Source: Halarcobacter sp. (GTDB lineage: Bacteria > Campylobacterota > Campylobacteria > Campylobacterales > Arcobacteraceae). From it: a DNA stretch of 64,000 bases. The position numbers were made by a program, and so were the translations under genes. Below the pieces are notes generated by a model. It made no database searches and was not told the origin of the DNA. It saw only the letters and a program-made list of their open reading frames with translations. The stretch lies in NCBI GenBank assembly GCA_048571215.1, contig CP182352.1:2080001-2144000 (forward strand), written 5' to 3'. Below, piece by piece: positions 21,847 through 33,572 of this stretch; position 1 is the stretch's first letter, and each line of letters begins with the position of its first letter.

Positions 21847-23286
21847 CTACAAAATATCAGGAATATCTATATTTGCCTCTTTATTTGTATCTGCTACAGT
21901 TTCAAAAACAACCTCAATAGGTGCTTCATTTGAGTTTTCTTTATCCACAAATCTAGTAAATTGTTTTTGGAAATCCAATCTTACAGTACCTATTGGTCCA
22001 TTTCTTTGTTTTCCTATGATTATTTCTGCTTCTTCTACAGGTTTGTTTATAAAAGTTGATTTATACTCTTCACCTTTATCTTTTGCTTCTTTTTCTTTTC
22101 TTGCTTCATCTCTTTCTTTATATACATCATCTCTATATACAAACATAATGATATCCGCATCTTGTTCTATAGCACCTGATTCTCTAAGGTCACTTAGCAT
22201 TGGTCTTTTATCTGGTCTATTTTCAAGTCCTCTGTTTAACTGTGATAGTGCAATAATTGGGATTTTCATCTCCCTTGCAAGCATTTTAAGTCCCCTAGAG
22301 ATATCAGAAACTTCTTGGTGTCTATCTTTGTTTCCTGTACCTTGCATAAGTTGTAAATAATCAATTACTACTAGTGAGATTTTATTATCTTCATTTTGAG
22401 CTAGTTTTCTAACCCTTGCCCTTAGTTGGTTGATATTTACACTTCCCCCATCATCAACAAAAAGTTTCTTTTGGTTTAAATCTTCAAAAGCTCTTGTAAG
22501 ATTTGACCATTGGTTATCATCCATATCACCTTTTCTAAGGTTTTGTAATGGTATAGAGGTTTTTGCAGCAAGCATTCTTAGCATAAGTTGCTCTGCTGGC
22601 ATCTCTAGTGAGAAAAATATAACACCCTTACCTGCTTCAACATTTTTTAATGCCATATTTAAAACTAAAGCTGTTTTACCCATGGCTGGTCTAGCTGCAA
22701 TGATTACTAAATCCCCAGCATTAAAACCTGTTGTTCTTTTATCTAGGTCATAAAATCCTGTGGTTTCCCCAATTAGGTGTTTATTACCTAGCTTTTTCAT
22801 TTTTTCAATGTATGCTAAGGTATCTCCTGTTACTACTTCCATATCTTTTAGTTCAGAAGTTGCACTATCTGTTGAGATTTTATAAAGTTCACCTTGAACT
22901 ACATCTAAGGCATCATTTGCACTTACCTCTTCTTCTAAAGAGACTTTTTTTATTGTTGTTGCAAGTGTTGCTAACTCTCTTTTTACTGAGCCATCTTTTA
23001 TCTCTCTTACATATGCTAAAGTATTAGTAATAGGATTAGCTGAAAGAATCTCAAGTAAGATTGAATCATCAACCTCTTTTTCATTTACTCTTTTTTTAAT
23101 AAACTCTTCATCAATAGGCATATCATCATTATGAAGTTTAACCATAACTTCAAAAATCTTTTGATGTGCTGGAAGATAAAAATCCTTAGGTTTTAAAACT
23201 CCTAAAACATCTTCTAACTCTTCTGGGTTGAAAAGAATAGAACTTAAAACTGCTCTTTCTATATTTATACTATATACGCTATCCAT
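21847..23286 (-). CDS. dnaB: Replicative DNA helicase
   Basis: AARPAMGKT, IDYLQL, LSQLNR, DLRESGAIEQDAD, KQRNGP; no intein. Confidence 0.98.
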   Translation of the reverse strand: MDSVYSINIERAVLSSILFNPEELEDVLGVLKPKDFYLPAHQKIFEVMVKLHNDDMPIDEEFIKKRVNEKEVDDSILLEILSANPITNTLAYVREIKDGSVKRELATLATTIKKVSLEEEVSANDALDVVQGELYKISTDSATSELKDMEVVTGDTLAYIEKMKKLGNKHLIGETTGFYDLDKRTTGFNAGDLVIIAARPAMGKTALVLNMALKNVEAGKGVIFFSLEMPAEQLMLRMLAAKTSIPLQNLRKGDMDDNQWSNLTRAFEDLNQKKLFVDDGGSVNINQLRARVRKLAQNEDNKISLVVIDYLQLMQGTGNKDRHQEVSDISRGLKMLAREMKIPIIALSQLNRGLENRPDKRPMLSDLRESGAIEQDADIIMFVYRDDVYKERDEARKEKEAKDKGEEYKSTFINKPVEEAEIIIGKQRNGPIGTVRLDFQKQFTRFVDKENSNEAPIEVVFETVADTNKEANIDIPDIL

Positions 23287-23293
23287 GATTTTG

Positions 23294-23348
23294 AATGAAA
23301 AATGAAAAGTGAAAAATGAAAAATGATAACTTCATTTTCAAATTCACT
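23294..23348. repeat. Heptamer tandem repeat plus partial inverted copy in the ispG-dnaB spacer
   Basis: aatgaaa aatgaaa agtgaaa aatgaaa aatgata (23294-23328), then ttcattttcaaattcact. Confidence 0.8.
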
Positions 23349-23380
23349 AGACACAAAACACCTCTTCTCCTTTAAACTTT

Positions 23381-24442
23381 TTAACTATTTTTTTTAGCTT
23401 CTTGCTCAACCTCTTGTAAAAATCTATCAAGTAATTTATCTGTTGGAAGTTTTGCTATTGTCTCACCTTTTTTTATAATAAGACCTGTTCCTTTTCCATA
23501 TGCAATTGCTACATCTGCTGCTTTTGCTTCACCTAAGGCATTTACTACACATCCCATTACTGAAACATTTAATGGTGTTTTTATATGTTTTGTTTTTTCT
23601 TCTACAAGGGCTACTGCACTTACTAAGTCAGCTTCAATTCTTCCACAAGTTGGGCATGAGATTATATTTAATCCCTCTTTTGTTAATCCTGCATCTTTTA
23701 ATATGGCACGACCCACTTCTATCTCTTTTTCTAATTCACCTGTAATAGAGATTCTCATAGTATCCCCAATACCATCAAGAAGTAAACTTCCTAAGGCAAT
23801 AGAGGATTTGATAGTTGAATGAAAAAGTGTTCCAGCCTCTGTTACCCCTAGATGAAAAGGATAATTATTCATAGTTCTTAGCATCCTATAAGCTTCAACT
23901 GTTCTTTGTACATCACTAGCTTTTAGTGAGATTTTTATATCTTCAAAACCTAAATCCTCTAAGAACTTTATATTATAATCTGCACTTTCTACCATTCCAC
24001 GTGCCGTTTGACCATATTTGTCTTCAAACTGAGATTCTAATGAACCACAGTTTACCCCAATTCTTATTGGAAGATTTCTTTCTTTGCAAGCTTTTACAAC
24101 CTCTTTAACTCGCTCTTTATTTCCAATATTTCCAGGATTTATTCTAATACAATCTACAACTTCAGCAGCTATCAATGCTAATTTGTAATTAAAATGTATA
24201 TCAGCAACCAAAGGCAATGATGTTTGCTCTTTTATTTGCTTTAAGGCATTTGCAGCTTCCATATCTGGCACAGCAACTCTTACTATATCTGCACCTGCAA
24301 AGTGTAAAGCTCTTATTTGTTCAACTGTAGTTTTAATATCACTTGTTTTACTATATGTCATAGATTGAACAGATATTGGAGCATCACCACCAATGGCAAC
24401 ATCACCTACGAAAATTTTTTTTGTTGGGTATCTTTTTATCAT
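23381..24442 (-). CDS. ispG: 4-hydroxy-3-methylbut-2-enyl diphosphate synthase
   Basis: [40 protein letters not shown]; start re-called at ATG 24442. Confidence 0.97.
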   Translation of the reverse strand: MIKRYPTKKIFVGDVAIGGDAPISVQSMTYSKTSDIKTTVEQIRALHFAGADIVRVAVPDMEAANALKQIKEQTSLPLVADIHFNYKLALIAAEVVDCIRINPGNIGNKERVKEVVKACKERNLPIRIGVNCGSLESQFEDKYGQTARGMVESADYNIKFLEDLGFEDIKISLKASDVQRTVEAYRMLRTMNNYPFHLGVTEAGTLFHSTIKSSIALGSLLLDGIGDTMRISITGELEKEIEVGRAILKDAGLTKEGLNIISCPTCGRIEADLVSAVALVEEKTKHIKTPLNVSVMGCVVNALGEAKAADVAIAYGKGTGLIIKKGETIAKLPTDKLLDRFLQEVEQEAKKNS

Positions 24443-24568
24443 AAGAGGAATTTTATCCAAAAAAGATTAATTATTCGTAAATATTGGATTTAAAATTTAT
24501 CTTAATTTATATTATTAGTTTTTTAATAAAAAAATCTTATAATATAAATATAAAGAAGGGCTATAATA

Positions 24569-26800
24569 ATGAAAAATAAAAAATTTATTTATATGTTTTT
24601 ATTCTATATCTTAATATCTATTTCTATATACTTTTTATCTATAAATTATATACATAAAGAGGAACAAAAACTTCTTGATCAAAAATATATTTCAGTTACA
24701 AAACAGATAAATAAAAACCTTAATACCCTGATTCAAGATAAACAAAATGCAACTTTAGTTTTTGCCATATCTGTAGCAAGGGATACTAGTATAAGAAACT
24801 CCTTATTGCAAAACAATCCATCCCTTTTAGATTTAGATAACTTTTCTAATACTTTAAAAATAAATAGTGACTTTAAAAATATTTGGTTTCAAATCATCAC
24901 AAAAGAGGGAAAAAGTTTTTATAGAAGTTGGTCAAAAGAAAATGGCGATTCATTATTATTTAGAGATGATATAGAACAAATTCTAAAAAATAAGAAAATA
25001 TTATCAACTATTAGTGTGGGAAGATATGATATGACTTTTAAGTCAATGATACCAATATTTCACCAAAATAAATTTATAGGAATCTTTGAAATAATCTCAC
25101 ACTTTAATTCTATTTCTAAAATCTTAGAAGCAGATGGGATTGATAATATTTTTCTAGCTGATAAGAGATTTAAATCTTATATAAAACTACCATTTACAAA
25201 GAAGTTTATAGGTGATTATTATATTGCAAATCTAAATGCAAAAGATTATCTAATCGATTCTATCAAAAGTTATGGAATTGAAAAAATACTCAACTCATCA
25301 AACACTTTTTTAATCATAGATAAACAATTGGTAAGTACTCATAAAATATCAAATCAACATGGATTAGTTGGATTTTCTATTAGTTCTAAAAACTTGTCTA
25401 CAATTGATATATCAAATATAAACTCCTTTAAAAGAACAGCTATCATATATGTTTCATTATCTATAGTACTAATAGGTTTTATAATTGGAATAATCAATTA
25501 TTCTTTATATTCTAACAAAATCAATAGATTAAATAAAAAACTAAAAAGAAATATTAAATTATCCAAAATAGAAAAAGAAAAAACTCAAACTATACTTGAT
25601 TCCCAAGAAAATATTATTGTACTTACTGATGGAAAAAATCTTAATAATGCAAATAATGCTTTATTTAAATTCTTTTCCCAATACAAAAATCTAGAAGAGT
25701 TTAAAAAAGAGCATGAATGTATTTGTGAAACTTTTATCGATATGGAAAATGATGATTATGTTTTAGATATAGATTACAATGGTAAAAATTGGGCAGAATA
25801 TATACTAGAAAACTCCCATAAAAACTTTAAAGCGGCGATTAAAAAAGATGATATAATACATCACTTTACTCTAAATGTAAATCTAACACAATTTGAAGGT
25901 GAACTTAGTCCTTATATTATTGTAACTCTAACAGATATAACCCAAGAGATACAGCAACAAAAACTTCTTAAAAACCTTAATGAAAATCTAGAACATTTAG
26001 TTGATGAGAAAACAAAAGAACTAAAAGATTTAAATGAGTCCTTAGAAGAAAGGATAAATAAAGAGATTCAAAAAAGTAAAGAGAAAGACAATATTCTTTT
26101 CCAACAAAATAAAATGCTTGCAATTGGGGAGATGTTATCAAATATTGCCCACCAATGGAGACAACCTCTAAGTTGCATAACAACAGCAGCTAGCTCTTTG
26201 CAAATTCAAAATGACTTAAAAACATTAAACGATGAAGAGTTACATTCAACATGTGATTATATTATAGAGAGTTCTAAATATCTTTCAAAAACAATAGAAG
26301 ATTTTAAAAGTTTTTTTAGACATGAAAATAAACAGCAAGATTTTTTAATAAAAGATACTATAAACAACAATTTAAATCTTTTAAAAGAGAATTTAAGAAT
26401 CAATAATATTGAAGTAGTTTTAGATATTGATGAAAATCAATCTATTTTTGGTTTTAAAAATGAATTTCAACAAGCAATTCTAAATATATTTAACAACTCT
26501 GTAGATGCTTTTTTAGATAAAAAAATTCAAAATAGAAGATTGATTTTAATACAACTTAATAAACACAATCTAATTATCAAAGATAGTGCCCATGGAGTTG
26601 ATGAAACAATTATAGATAAAATATTTGAACCATACTTTACAACAAAACATCAAAGTCAAGGAACAGGACTTAGTTTGTATATGACCAGAGAGATATTAAC
26701 AAACCATTTAAACTGTTCAATAGATGTTTACAATGTCAATTTTACTTATGAAAAAAAAGAGTACAAAGGATTAGAGTTTTCAATCAATTTCAATCAATAA
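24569..26800 (+). CDS. Membrane sensor histidine kinase (Cache-like periplasmic domain, PAS-like, HisKA, HATPase)
   Basis: Two TM segments; H-box NIAHQWRQPL; FEPYFTTK, GTGL. Confidence 0.92.
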   Translation: MKNKKFIYMFLFYILISISIYFLSINYIHKEEQKLLDQKYISVTKQINKNLNTLIQDKQNATLVFAISVARDTSIRNSLLQNNPSLLDLDNFSNTLKINSDFKNIWFQIITKEGKSFYRSWSKENGDSLLFRDDIEQILKNKKILSTISVGRYDMTFKSMIPIFHQNKFIGIFEIISHFNSISKILEADGIDNIFLADKRFKSYIKLPFTKKFIGDYYIANLNAKDYLIDSIKSYGIEKILNSSNTFLIIDKQLVSTHKISNQHGLVGFSISSKNLSTIDISNINSFKRTAIIYVSLSIVLIGFIIGIINYSLYSNKINRLNKKLKRNIKLSKIEKEKTQTILDSQENIIVLTDGKNLNNANNALFKFFSQYKNLEEFKKEHECICETFIDMENDDYVLDIDYNGKNWAEYILENSHKNFKAAIKKDDIIHHFTLNVNLTQFEGELSPYIIVTLTDITQEIQQQKLLKNLNENLEHLVDEKTKELKDLNESLEERINKEIQKSKEKDNILFQQNKMLAIGEMLSNIAHQWRQPLSCITTAASSLQIQNDLKTLNDEELHSTCDYIIESSKYLSKTIEDFKSFFRHENKQQDFLIKDTINNNLNLLKENLRINNIEVVLDIDENQSIFGFKNEFQQAILNIFNNSVDAFLDKKIQNRRLILIQLNKHNLIIKDSAHGVDETIIDKIFEPYFTTKHQSQGTGLSLYMTREILTNHLNCSIDVYNVNFTYEKKEYKGLEFSINFNQ

Positions 26801-26834
26801 AAGATTATTAAACTTTTATTTTGAAAACCTTAGA

Positions 26835-26840
26835 TATAAT
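26835..26840 (+). promoter_or_regulatory. Putative sigma70 -10 box for the cvpA-lysS operon
   Basis: tagaTATAAT; the same 10-mer precedes pyrH (36293) and the RRE gene (58266). Confidence 0.55.
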
Positions 26841-26866
26841 TGCGCCAGTTTATATAAAGGTTTTGT

Positions 26867-27637
26867 ATGCAGAATATAGCTATCTTTGATATTGTAATCG
26901 TGAGTATTACAATTCTTCTTGGTCTAAAAGGTTTATTAAGAGGTTTTATAAAAGAGGTTTTTGGTTTATTGTCTATTGTTGGTGGGATTTTTATTGCATC
27001 AAGAATTGCAAGTGATACTGGGAATCTAATCGCTCCTATATTAGCTTTAGAAAATAGTGCAACAATAAAACTAATCGGTTTTATAATTAGTCTTATTGCT
27101 GTTTGGGCAGTAATTTATCTACTTGGTGTGATAATTAGTAAAATCTTTTCTGTAAGTGGGTTAGGACTTTTTGATAGAATTTTTGGTTTCCTATTTGGTA
27201 GTGCAAAAATATTTCTTATCCTTTCAATTATCACCTACTCTTTGTATCAAATCCAATCTTTTAAGAATTTAATGGATGAAAAGTTTTCACAAACAATGGT
27301 ATTTCCCCTTTTAGTTGAAAGTGGTGGATTTATTATAAAACTTGATCCAAAAGATTTTATGAAAAATATTCCTGAAGATAAAAAAGAAGAAGTGGATATG
27401 GAAGATCCAAATATCAAAGATGAAAAAGAAAGTTTTGTTAATGATATAAAAAATACTGTAAATGAAGTAAAAGACACAACTGTAAAATCAGGCTCAGAAG
27501 TTATCGATGCAGTAAAAAATACTATAAATAAAAGCATAGATGCAACATCAGAAAAGATAAAACAGGACACTAATCAAATGATTGATAAAGCTACTTCAAC
27601 AGATGAAAATAGCCAAAACGAAGAAAAAGGAAATTAA
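26867..27637 (+). CDS. cvpA: CvpA family membrane protein
   Basis: [28 protein letters not shown]; position upstream of lysS. Confidence 0.9.
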   Translation: MQNIAIFDIVIVSITILLGLKGLLRGFIKEVFGLLSIVGGIFIASRIASDTGNLIAPILALENSATIKLIGFIISLIAVWAVIYLLGVIISKIFSVSGLGLFDRIFGFLFGSAKIFLILSIITYSLYQIQSFKNLMDEKFSQTMVFPLLVESGGFIIKLDPKDFMKNIPEDKKEEVDMEDPNIKDEKESFVNDIKNTVNEVKDTTVKSGSEVIDAVKNTINKSIDATSEKIKQDTNQMIDKATSTDENSQNEEKGN

Positions 27638-27639
27638 TA

Positions 27640-29157
27640 TTGTTTGAAAATAAATATATACAACAAAGAATTGAAAAAGCAAATGTTTTAAGAGAAAGTG
27701 GAGTTAACCCATATTCAAATGAGAGTTCAAGAAATACAACAATATCAAAATATCTAAATGTAAATAGTGATTTATTCCAAAAGGAAGACAAAAGAGATGA
27801 AAAAAGACATTATATAGTTGCAGGTAGAATCAAATTTTTTAGACTTATGGGAAAAGCTTCTTTTTTAAAAATAGAAGATGAAAGTGGTATTTTACAAATC
27901 TATGTTACAAGAGATAATCTACCAGAAGGATTCTATAATACAATTTTCAAAAAAAATATTGAAGTTGGAGATATAATAGAAGTTGGAGGATATCCTTTTG
28001 TTACAAATAAAGGTGAATTATCACTTCATGTACATGAACTTAAAATTTTAACAAAATCTATCTCACCACTTCCAGAAAAATATCATGGGATTCAAGATAA
28101 AGAGTTAAGATATAGACAAAGATATTTAGATTTAATCATGAACTCACAAGTTAGAAAAACTTTTCATGTAAGAAGTAGAGTTATAAGCCTTACTAGAAGA
28201 TTTTTTGAAAATAAAGGCTTCTTAGAAGTTGAAACACCAATGATGCACCCAATAGCAGGTGGAGCAAATGCAAAACCATTTACTACACATCATAATGCAC
28301 TTGGGGTTGATAGATTTTTAAGAATTGCACCAGAGCTGTATCTAAAAAGACTTATTGTGGGTGGATTTGAAGCAGTATTTGAGATAAATAGAAACTTTAG
28401 AAATGAAGGTATGGATGCAACACACAATCCAGAGTTTACCTCTATTGAATTTTATTGGGCTTATAAAACATATAAAGACCTAATTAATATCACAAAAGAG
28501 TATTTTGAGTTTTTATTTGAACATCTAGATTTGCCAAAAATCTTACCTTATGGGGAATTGGAGATTGATTTTGATAAATTTTTAGAAGTTCCATTAATCG
28601 AGTCTTTATCAACTATTGGTGGTGTGCCAGCAGATATTGCAGAAGACAAAGATAAAATTATCGCATTTTTAAAAGAGAATAACCTTGAAGTAAATGAAAA
28701 TATGAATTTAGGACAACTTCAAGGGGAGCTTTTTGATGAGTTTGTTGAAGCTAAACTTATCAACCCAACATTTATCACTGAGTATCCTGTAGATATTTCA
28801 CCTTTAGCAAGAAGAAATGATGAGAAACCACATTTAACTGATAGATTTGAGCTATTTATTGCAGGAAAAGAGATAGCAAATGCCTTTAGTGAGTTAAATG
28901 ATCCATTAGATCAATTAGGAAGATTTCAAGGACAAATGGAAGCAAAAGATAGTGGTGATGATGAAGCACATGAGATGGATGAAGATTTTGTAAATGCTCT
29001 ATCTTATGGTATGGCACCATGTGCAGGTCAAGGTATTGGTATTGATAGATTAGTTATGATGTTAACAAATCAACACAGTATTAGAGATGTACTACTTTTC
29101 CCAGCTATGAAACCTATTTCAAAAGAGATAGATTTACATGCTGATGAAGAAAACTAA
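27640..29157 (+). CDS. lysS: Lysine--tRNA ligase
   Basis: [30 protein letters not shown] start. Confidence 0.98.
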   Translation: MFENKYIQQRIEKANVLRESGVNPYSNESSRNTTISKYLNVNSDLFQKEDKRDEKRHYIVAGRIKFFRLMGKASFLKIEDESGILQIYVTRDNLPEGFYNTIFKKNIEVGDIIEVGGYPFVTNKGELSLHVHELKILTKSISPLPEKYHGIQDKELRYRQRYLDLIMNSQVRKTFHVRSRVISLTRRFFENKGFLEVETPMMHPIAGGANAKPFTTHHNALGVDRFLRIAPELYLKRLIVGGFEAVFEINRNFRNEGMDATHNPEFTSIEFYWAYKTYKDLINITKEYFEFLFEHLDLPKILPYGELEIDFDKFLEVPLIESLSTIGGVPADIAEDKDKIIAFLKENNLEVNENMNLGQLQGELFDEFVEAKLINPTFITEYPVDISPLARRNDEKPHLTDRFELFIAGKEIANAFSELNDPLDQLGRFQGQMEAKDSGDDEAHEMDEDFVNALSYGMAPCAGQGIGIDRLVMMLTNQHSIRDVLLFPAMKPISKEIDLHADEEN

Positions 29158-29180
29158 AATTTATAAAAGGATTTATTTAT

Positions 29181-30443
29181 ATGAGCTACATAAGTGAACA
29201 AACACTAGAAGAAGCAGATAAAGAGCTATTTGATATAATAGAAGATGAATTGCAAAGACAAACAGATCACCTAGAGATGATAGCAAGTGAGAACTTCACA
29301 AGCCCAGCAGTAATGCAAACAATGGGTTCTGTATTTACAAATAAATATGCAGAAGGATACCCAGCAAAAAGATATTATGGTGGATGTGAATTTGCAGATA
29401 AAGCAGAACAATTAGCAATAGATAGAGCGTGTAAAATATTTAACTGTAATTACGCAAATGTACAACCTCACGCAGGGTCTCAAGCAAATGGAGCAGTATA
29501 TGCAGCATTGTTAAAAGCTGGTGATAAAATTCTTGGTATGGATCTTTCCCATGGTGGACATTTAACCCATGGTTCTAAACCATCTTTCTCTGGTAAAAAT
29601 TACTCTGCTTTTTATTATGGTGTAGAATTAGATGGTAGAATAAATTATGATAGAGTAATGGATATAGCAAAAATCACTCAACCAAAAATTATAGTTTGTG
29701 GTGCTAGTGCATATGCAAGAGAAATAGATTTTAAAAAATTTAGAGAAATAGCTGATGCAGTTGGAGCTTACCTTTTTGCAGATATAGCACATATTGCAGG
29801 ATTAGTAGCAGCTGGTGAACATATGTCTCCTTTCCCTTATGCAGATGTAGTAACAACAACTACCCATAAAACACTAAGAGGTCCAAGAGGTGGTATGATA
29901 TTAACTAATGATGAAGAGATAGCAAAAAAAATAAACTCTGCAATCTTCCCAGGACTTCAAGGTGGACCATTAGTACATGTAATGGCAGCAAAAGCAGTAG
30001 CCTTTAAAGAGATACTAGATCCTTCTTGGAAAGATTACGCAAAACAAGTAAAAGCAAACGCAAAAGTGTTAGCAGAAGTTTTAATGAAAAGAGGATATGA
30101 TATAGTTTCAGATGGGACAGATAATCACCTAATCTTAGTATCTTTCTTAAATAAAGAGTTTTCAGGTAAAGATGCAGATGCAGCTTTAGGTAATGCAGGG
30201 ATTACTGTAAATAAAAATACAGTGCCAGGTGAGACAAGAAGCCCCTTTGTAACAAGTGGTATAAGAGTAGGATCACCTGCTTTAACAGCAAGAGGGATGA
30301 AAGAAAAAGAGTTTGAATTGATAGCAAATAAAATATGTGATGTATTAGATGATATCAATAATACAGATTTACAAGCTAAGATAAAAGAAGAGTTAAAGCA
30401 GTTAGCTAGAGGTTTTGTGATATACAACAAATCAACTTACTAA
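29181..30443 (+). CDS. glyA: Serine hydroxymethyltransferase
   Basis: [36 protein letters not shown]. Confidence 0.98.
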   Translation: MSYISEQTLEEADKELFDIIEDELQRQTDHLEMIASENFTSPAVMQTMGSVFTNKYAEGYPAKRYYGGCEFADKAEQLAIDRACKIFNCNYANVQPHAGSQANGAVYAALLKAGDKILGMDLSHGGHLTHGSKPSFSGKNYSAFYYGVELDGRINYDRVMDIAKITQPKIIVCGASAYAREIDFKKFREIADAVGAYLFADIAHIAGLVAAGEHMSPFPYADVVTTTTHKTLRGPRGGMILTNDEEIAKKINSAIFPGLQGGPLVHVMAAKAVAFKEILDPSWKDYAKQVKANAKVLAEVLMKRGYDIVSDGTDNHLILVSFLNKEFSGKDADAALGNAGITVNKNTVPGETRSPFVTSGIRVGSPALTARGMKEKEFELIANKICDVLDDINNTDLQAKIKEELKQLARGFVIYNKSTY

Positions 30444-30464
30444 ACTTTTAATTAAGGATATTTC

Positions 30465-31355
30465 ATGGAAATTAAAGGCGAAGATTTTATAAAAAAAGTT
30501 CAATTAAAACAAGAAAAAGATGAAATTGAACAAAGATTAAATGAGTTACATAATCAAGAAGCTCAATACGAAGAGATACAACAACAAGCTGCTCCTAGAA
30601 GTAGTAGAAATGTGGAAATCGAAGAGGAGATGGAGTATTCTGATTTAAGACTAGGGGAAGGTTCTCAAAGAAATGAAGCAAATAAGAAAAAATATCTTAT
30701 TTTAGGACTGGTCTTAGTTATACTTTTTTTATTGACAATTATAATTATTCGTCTTTTAACTAATGACTCAGTAGAAAACGATTCTTTCTCAAAAACTACT
30801 GAGCAAAATAAAGTCTTAGAAAATGAAAATATTGAAGAACAGTATCAGAAAATCATCAATGAAAAACTTAAAAATATAAAAGAAGAGAAAGAACAAAATA
30901 TACTTGCTGATAAACAAATAGATGATAAACTTGACTTAAAAAAGATAGAAGAGAAAGAGACTGTTGAAAAACCAAAAAAGGTTAAACCTGATTTCTATGA
31001 GGTTAAAAAAACCAAACCAGTTGAAACAAAAAAAGAACCAGTTGTTAAAAAACAAGTAGTAAAACAAGCAACTAAAAAAGTTATTCCTAAAAAATCTACA
31101 AATGGTACAATCACCTCGAAACCTAGTGGTACATTTGTACAAGTTGGGGCATTTACAAAAATGCCAAGTGATGAATACTTGAATTCTATAAGTAAAAAAG
31201 GGTTCAACTACAAAGTATATAAGGTTTCAATAAACAATAAAATGTTCCATAAAGTATTGATTGGCCCATACAAATCAAGAGGTCAAGCAAGTTTAAATAT
31301 CAATAGCATTAAGAAAAAACTTAATGTAAGTGGTGCATTTATTTTAACATTTTAA
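30465..31355 (+). CDS. SPOR-domain membrane protein (FtsN/DedD-like)
   Basis: Single TM, Lys-rich linker, C-terminal FVQVGAF...KVLIGPY. Confidence 0.85.
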   Translation: MEIKGEDFIKKVQLKQEKDEIEQRLNELHNQEAQYEEIQQQAAPRSSRNVEIEEEMEYSDLRLGEGSQRNEANKKKYLILGLVLVILFLLTIIIIRLLTNDSVENDSFSKTTEQNKVLENENIEEQYQKIINEKLKNIKEEKEQNILADKQIDDKLDLKKIEEKETVEKPKKVKPDFYEVKKTKPVETKKEPVVKKQVVKQATKKVIPKKSTNGTITSKPSGTFVQVGAFTKMPSDEYLNSISKKGFNYKVYKVSINNKMFHKVLIGPYKSRGQASLNINSIKKKLNVSGAFILTF

Positions 31356-31367
31356 TAAGGTATATTA

Positions 31368-32783
31368 TTGATGCAATTTTATTCTAAAGAGCTATTTTTA
31401 GATCAGTTCACACCTGTTTCTATTTATGAAAAAATTAAAAATTTGTATAAAGATGAGTTAACTTTTCTTTTTGAAAGTACAGTTAACTCAAGTGAAGGAA
31501 ACTACTCATATATAATTATAGGTGTAAGAGAAAGAGTTTGGTATGAAAATGGTACTTGTTATTATAAAAATGAAGCCAATGAAGTAAAACAAGTAGAATC
31601 AAATCCTTTAAAGTTTTTACAAAAATATTATAAAACAATTGATAAGAAATATTATAAAGAAAAATCTAATGAATTAGGAATTGGTCTTATTGATGGTTTT
31701 ATTGGAAATGTGGGATATGATATAGGAAAAGAGTTTGAACCTGTACTTAAAAAATATATGGAAAACTTGAAAGATCAATTAAACATTCCTGATTTAGACT
31801 TAGTTAGACCAAAAATAATTTTAGGATTTTCACACAAAACATCTAAACTTGTAATGGTAACTTCTATTGAAGATAAAAAAGAGGATTTAGAGCTTATAAA
31901 AAAAGAGCTTTTTAAATCATATGAATATACTCCTCTAAAAAAAGCGACTATTTTAGATGAAGGAAAATTCAACTATACAAAAGAGGAATTTTTTGAGATG
32001 GTTGCCAAATCTAAAGAGATGATAAAAAGTGGTGATGTTTTTCAAATACTTATGTCTAATAGATTTATCCAAAATGCAAAAGTTGATCACTTTAGTTTTT
32101 ATAGAGCATTAAGAAGTAAAAACCCTAGTCCATATCTATTTCTATTAGAGTATGAAAACTTTACAATAGCTGGAAGTTCGCCAGAAGTAATGGTAAGACT
32201 TGTTGATGGACATATTCTTTTAAGACCAATTGCAGGTACTAGAAAAAGAGGTAAAAGTTTAGATAGAGATGTAGAGTTAGAAGATGAGATGTTAGGTGAT
32301 GAGAAAGAAAAAGCTGAACATATTATGCTAGTTGACCTAGGTAGAAATGATGTAGGAAGAGTTGCAAAGGCTGGAACTGTAAAGGTAACTGAACTTATGA
32401 GAGTTGAAAGATATTCTCATGTTATGCATATGGTTTCAGATGTTGAAGCAAAAATAGATGAAGACAAATACGATATGTTTGACCTTTTTGCTGCAACATT
32501 TACAGCAGGTACTATGACGGGAGCTCCAAAAATCAGAGCTATGGAACTAATAGCACAATATGAAGGTATAAAAAGAAACTTCTACTCTGGAAGTATTGCT
32601 TATTTTGGATTTGATGGGAATATGGATAGTGCTATTACTATTAGAAGTACTATGTTAACCGAAGATAAAGTTATATTCCAAGCAGGTGCTGGAGTTGTAG
32701 CTGATAGTATTCCTGAACTTGAATATTTAGAGGTTCAAAATAAATTAGCTGCTAATATCTCAACACTAAAAGATTTATCATAA
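31368..32783 (+). CDS. trpE: Anthranilate synthase component I family protein
   Basis: NPSPY, GSSPE, PIAGT, EHIMLVDLGRND, GAPKIRAM. Confidence 0.88.
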   Translation: MMQFYSKELFLDQFTPVSIYEKIKNLYKDELTFLFESTVNSSEGNYSYIIIGVRERVWYENGTCYYKNEANEVKQVESNPLKFLQKYYKTIDKKYYKEKSNELGIGLIDGFIGNVGYDIGKEFEPVLKKYMENLKDQLNIPDLDLVRPKIILGFSHKTSKLVMVTSIEDKKEDLELIKKELFKSYEYTPLKKATILDEGKFNYTKEEFFEMVAKSKEMIKSGDVFQILMSNRFIQNAKVDHFSFYRALRSKNPSPYLFLLEYENFTIAGSSPEVMVRLVDGHILLRPIAGTRKRGKSLDRDVELEDEMLGDEKEKAEHIMLVDLGRNDVGRVAKAGTVKVTELMRVERYSHVMHMVSDVEAKIDEDKYDMFDLFAATFTAGTMTGAPKIRAMELIAQYEGIKRNFYSGSIAYFGFDGNMDSAITIRSTMLTEDKVIFQAGAGVVADSIPELEYLEVQNKLAANISTLKDLS

Positions 32784-32795
32784 AAAGGATTTGAT

Positions 32796-33572
32796 TTGTT
32801 ACTTGGAGTAAATATAGACCATATTGCAGTCTTAAGAGAAGCTAGAAAAATAAACGATCCAAGCCCTTTGGATGCACTTGGTATTTGTAAAATATCAGGG
32901 GCTGATCAAATTACAATTCACCTAAGAGAAGATAGAAGACATATACATGATCAAGATGCAAAAGAGATATGCAAACTATCTATACTTCCTGTAAACTTAG
33001 AGTGTTCAATAAATGAAGATATCATTGATATAGTTTGTAAACTTAAACCTGCAAGAGCAACTTTAGTTCCAGAAAATAGAGATGAAGTAACTACAGAGGG
33101 TGGTCTTGATGTGGAGAAAAACTTCGATAGAATAAAAAAAGCTGTTGAGAAACTACATAAAAATGAGATTGAAGTATCTTTGTTTATTGACCCAAATAAA
33201 AAAATGATTAAAAAAAGTTCTGAACTAAAAGTAGAATGGGTTGAGTTACATACAGGTACATTTGCAAATATTTATGCGATGCTTTATAGTAAACTTTCAA
33301 ATACACATCATAGTATAAAAGAGTTAGAACTACCTAGACGTGAGCTTAAAATACTTCTTGATAAAAGTAGAAAAGAGATTAAAAAAACTGCATATTATGC
33401 ACAAAATTGTGGCTTGAAAGTTGCCGCAGGTCATGGGCTAAATTATCAAAATGTAACAAAAATATCTTCTATAAAAGCTATTGAAGAGTTAAATATTGGG
33501 CAAAGTATAATTGCTCGATCTGTATTTTCAGGATTAAGACAAGCAATTATTGATATGAAAGAACTTTTATGA
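32796..33572 (+). CDS. pdxJ: Pyridoxine 5'-phosphate synthase
   Basis: LGVNIDH, HLREDRRH, ELHTG, AAGHGL. Confidence 0.97.
   Translation: MLLGVNIDHIAVLREARKINDPSPLDALGICKISGADQITIHLREDRRHIHDQDAKEICKLSILPVNLECSINEDIIDIVCKLKPARATLVPENRDEVTTEGGLDVEKNFDRIKKAVEKLHKNEIEVSLFIDPNKKMIKKSSELKVEWVELHTGTFANIYAMLYSKLSNTHHSIKELELPRRELKILLDKSRKEIKKTAYYAQNCGLKVAAGHGLNYQNVTKISSIKAIEELNIGQSIIARSVFSGLRQAIIDMKELL

Noticed and set aside
21692..22360. 222-aa plus-strand ORF
   Set aside because: Antisense shadow of dnaB; no recognisable motifs
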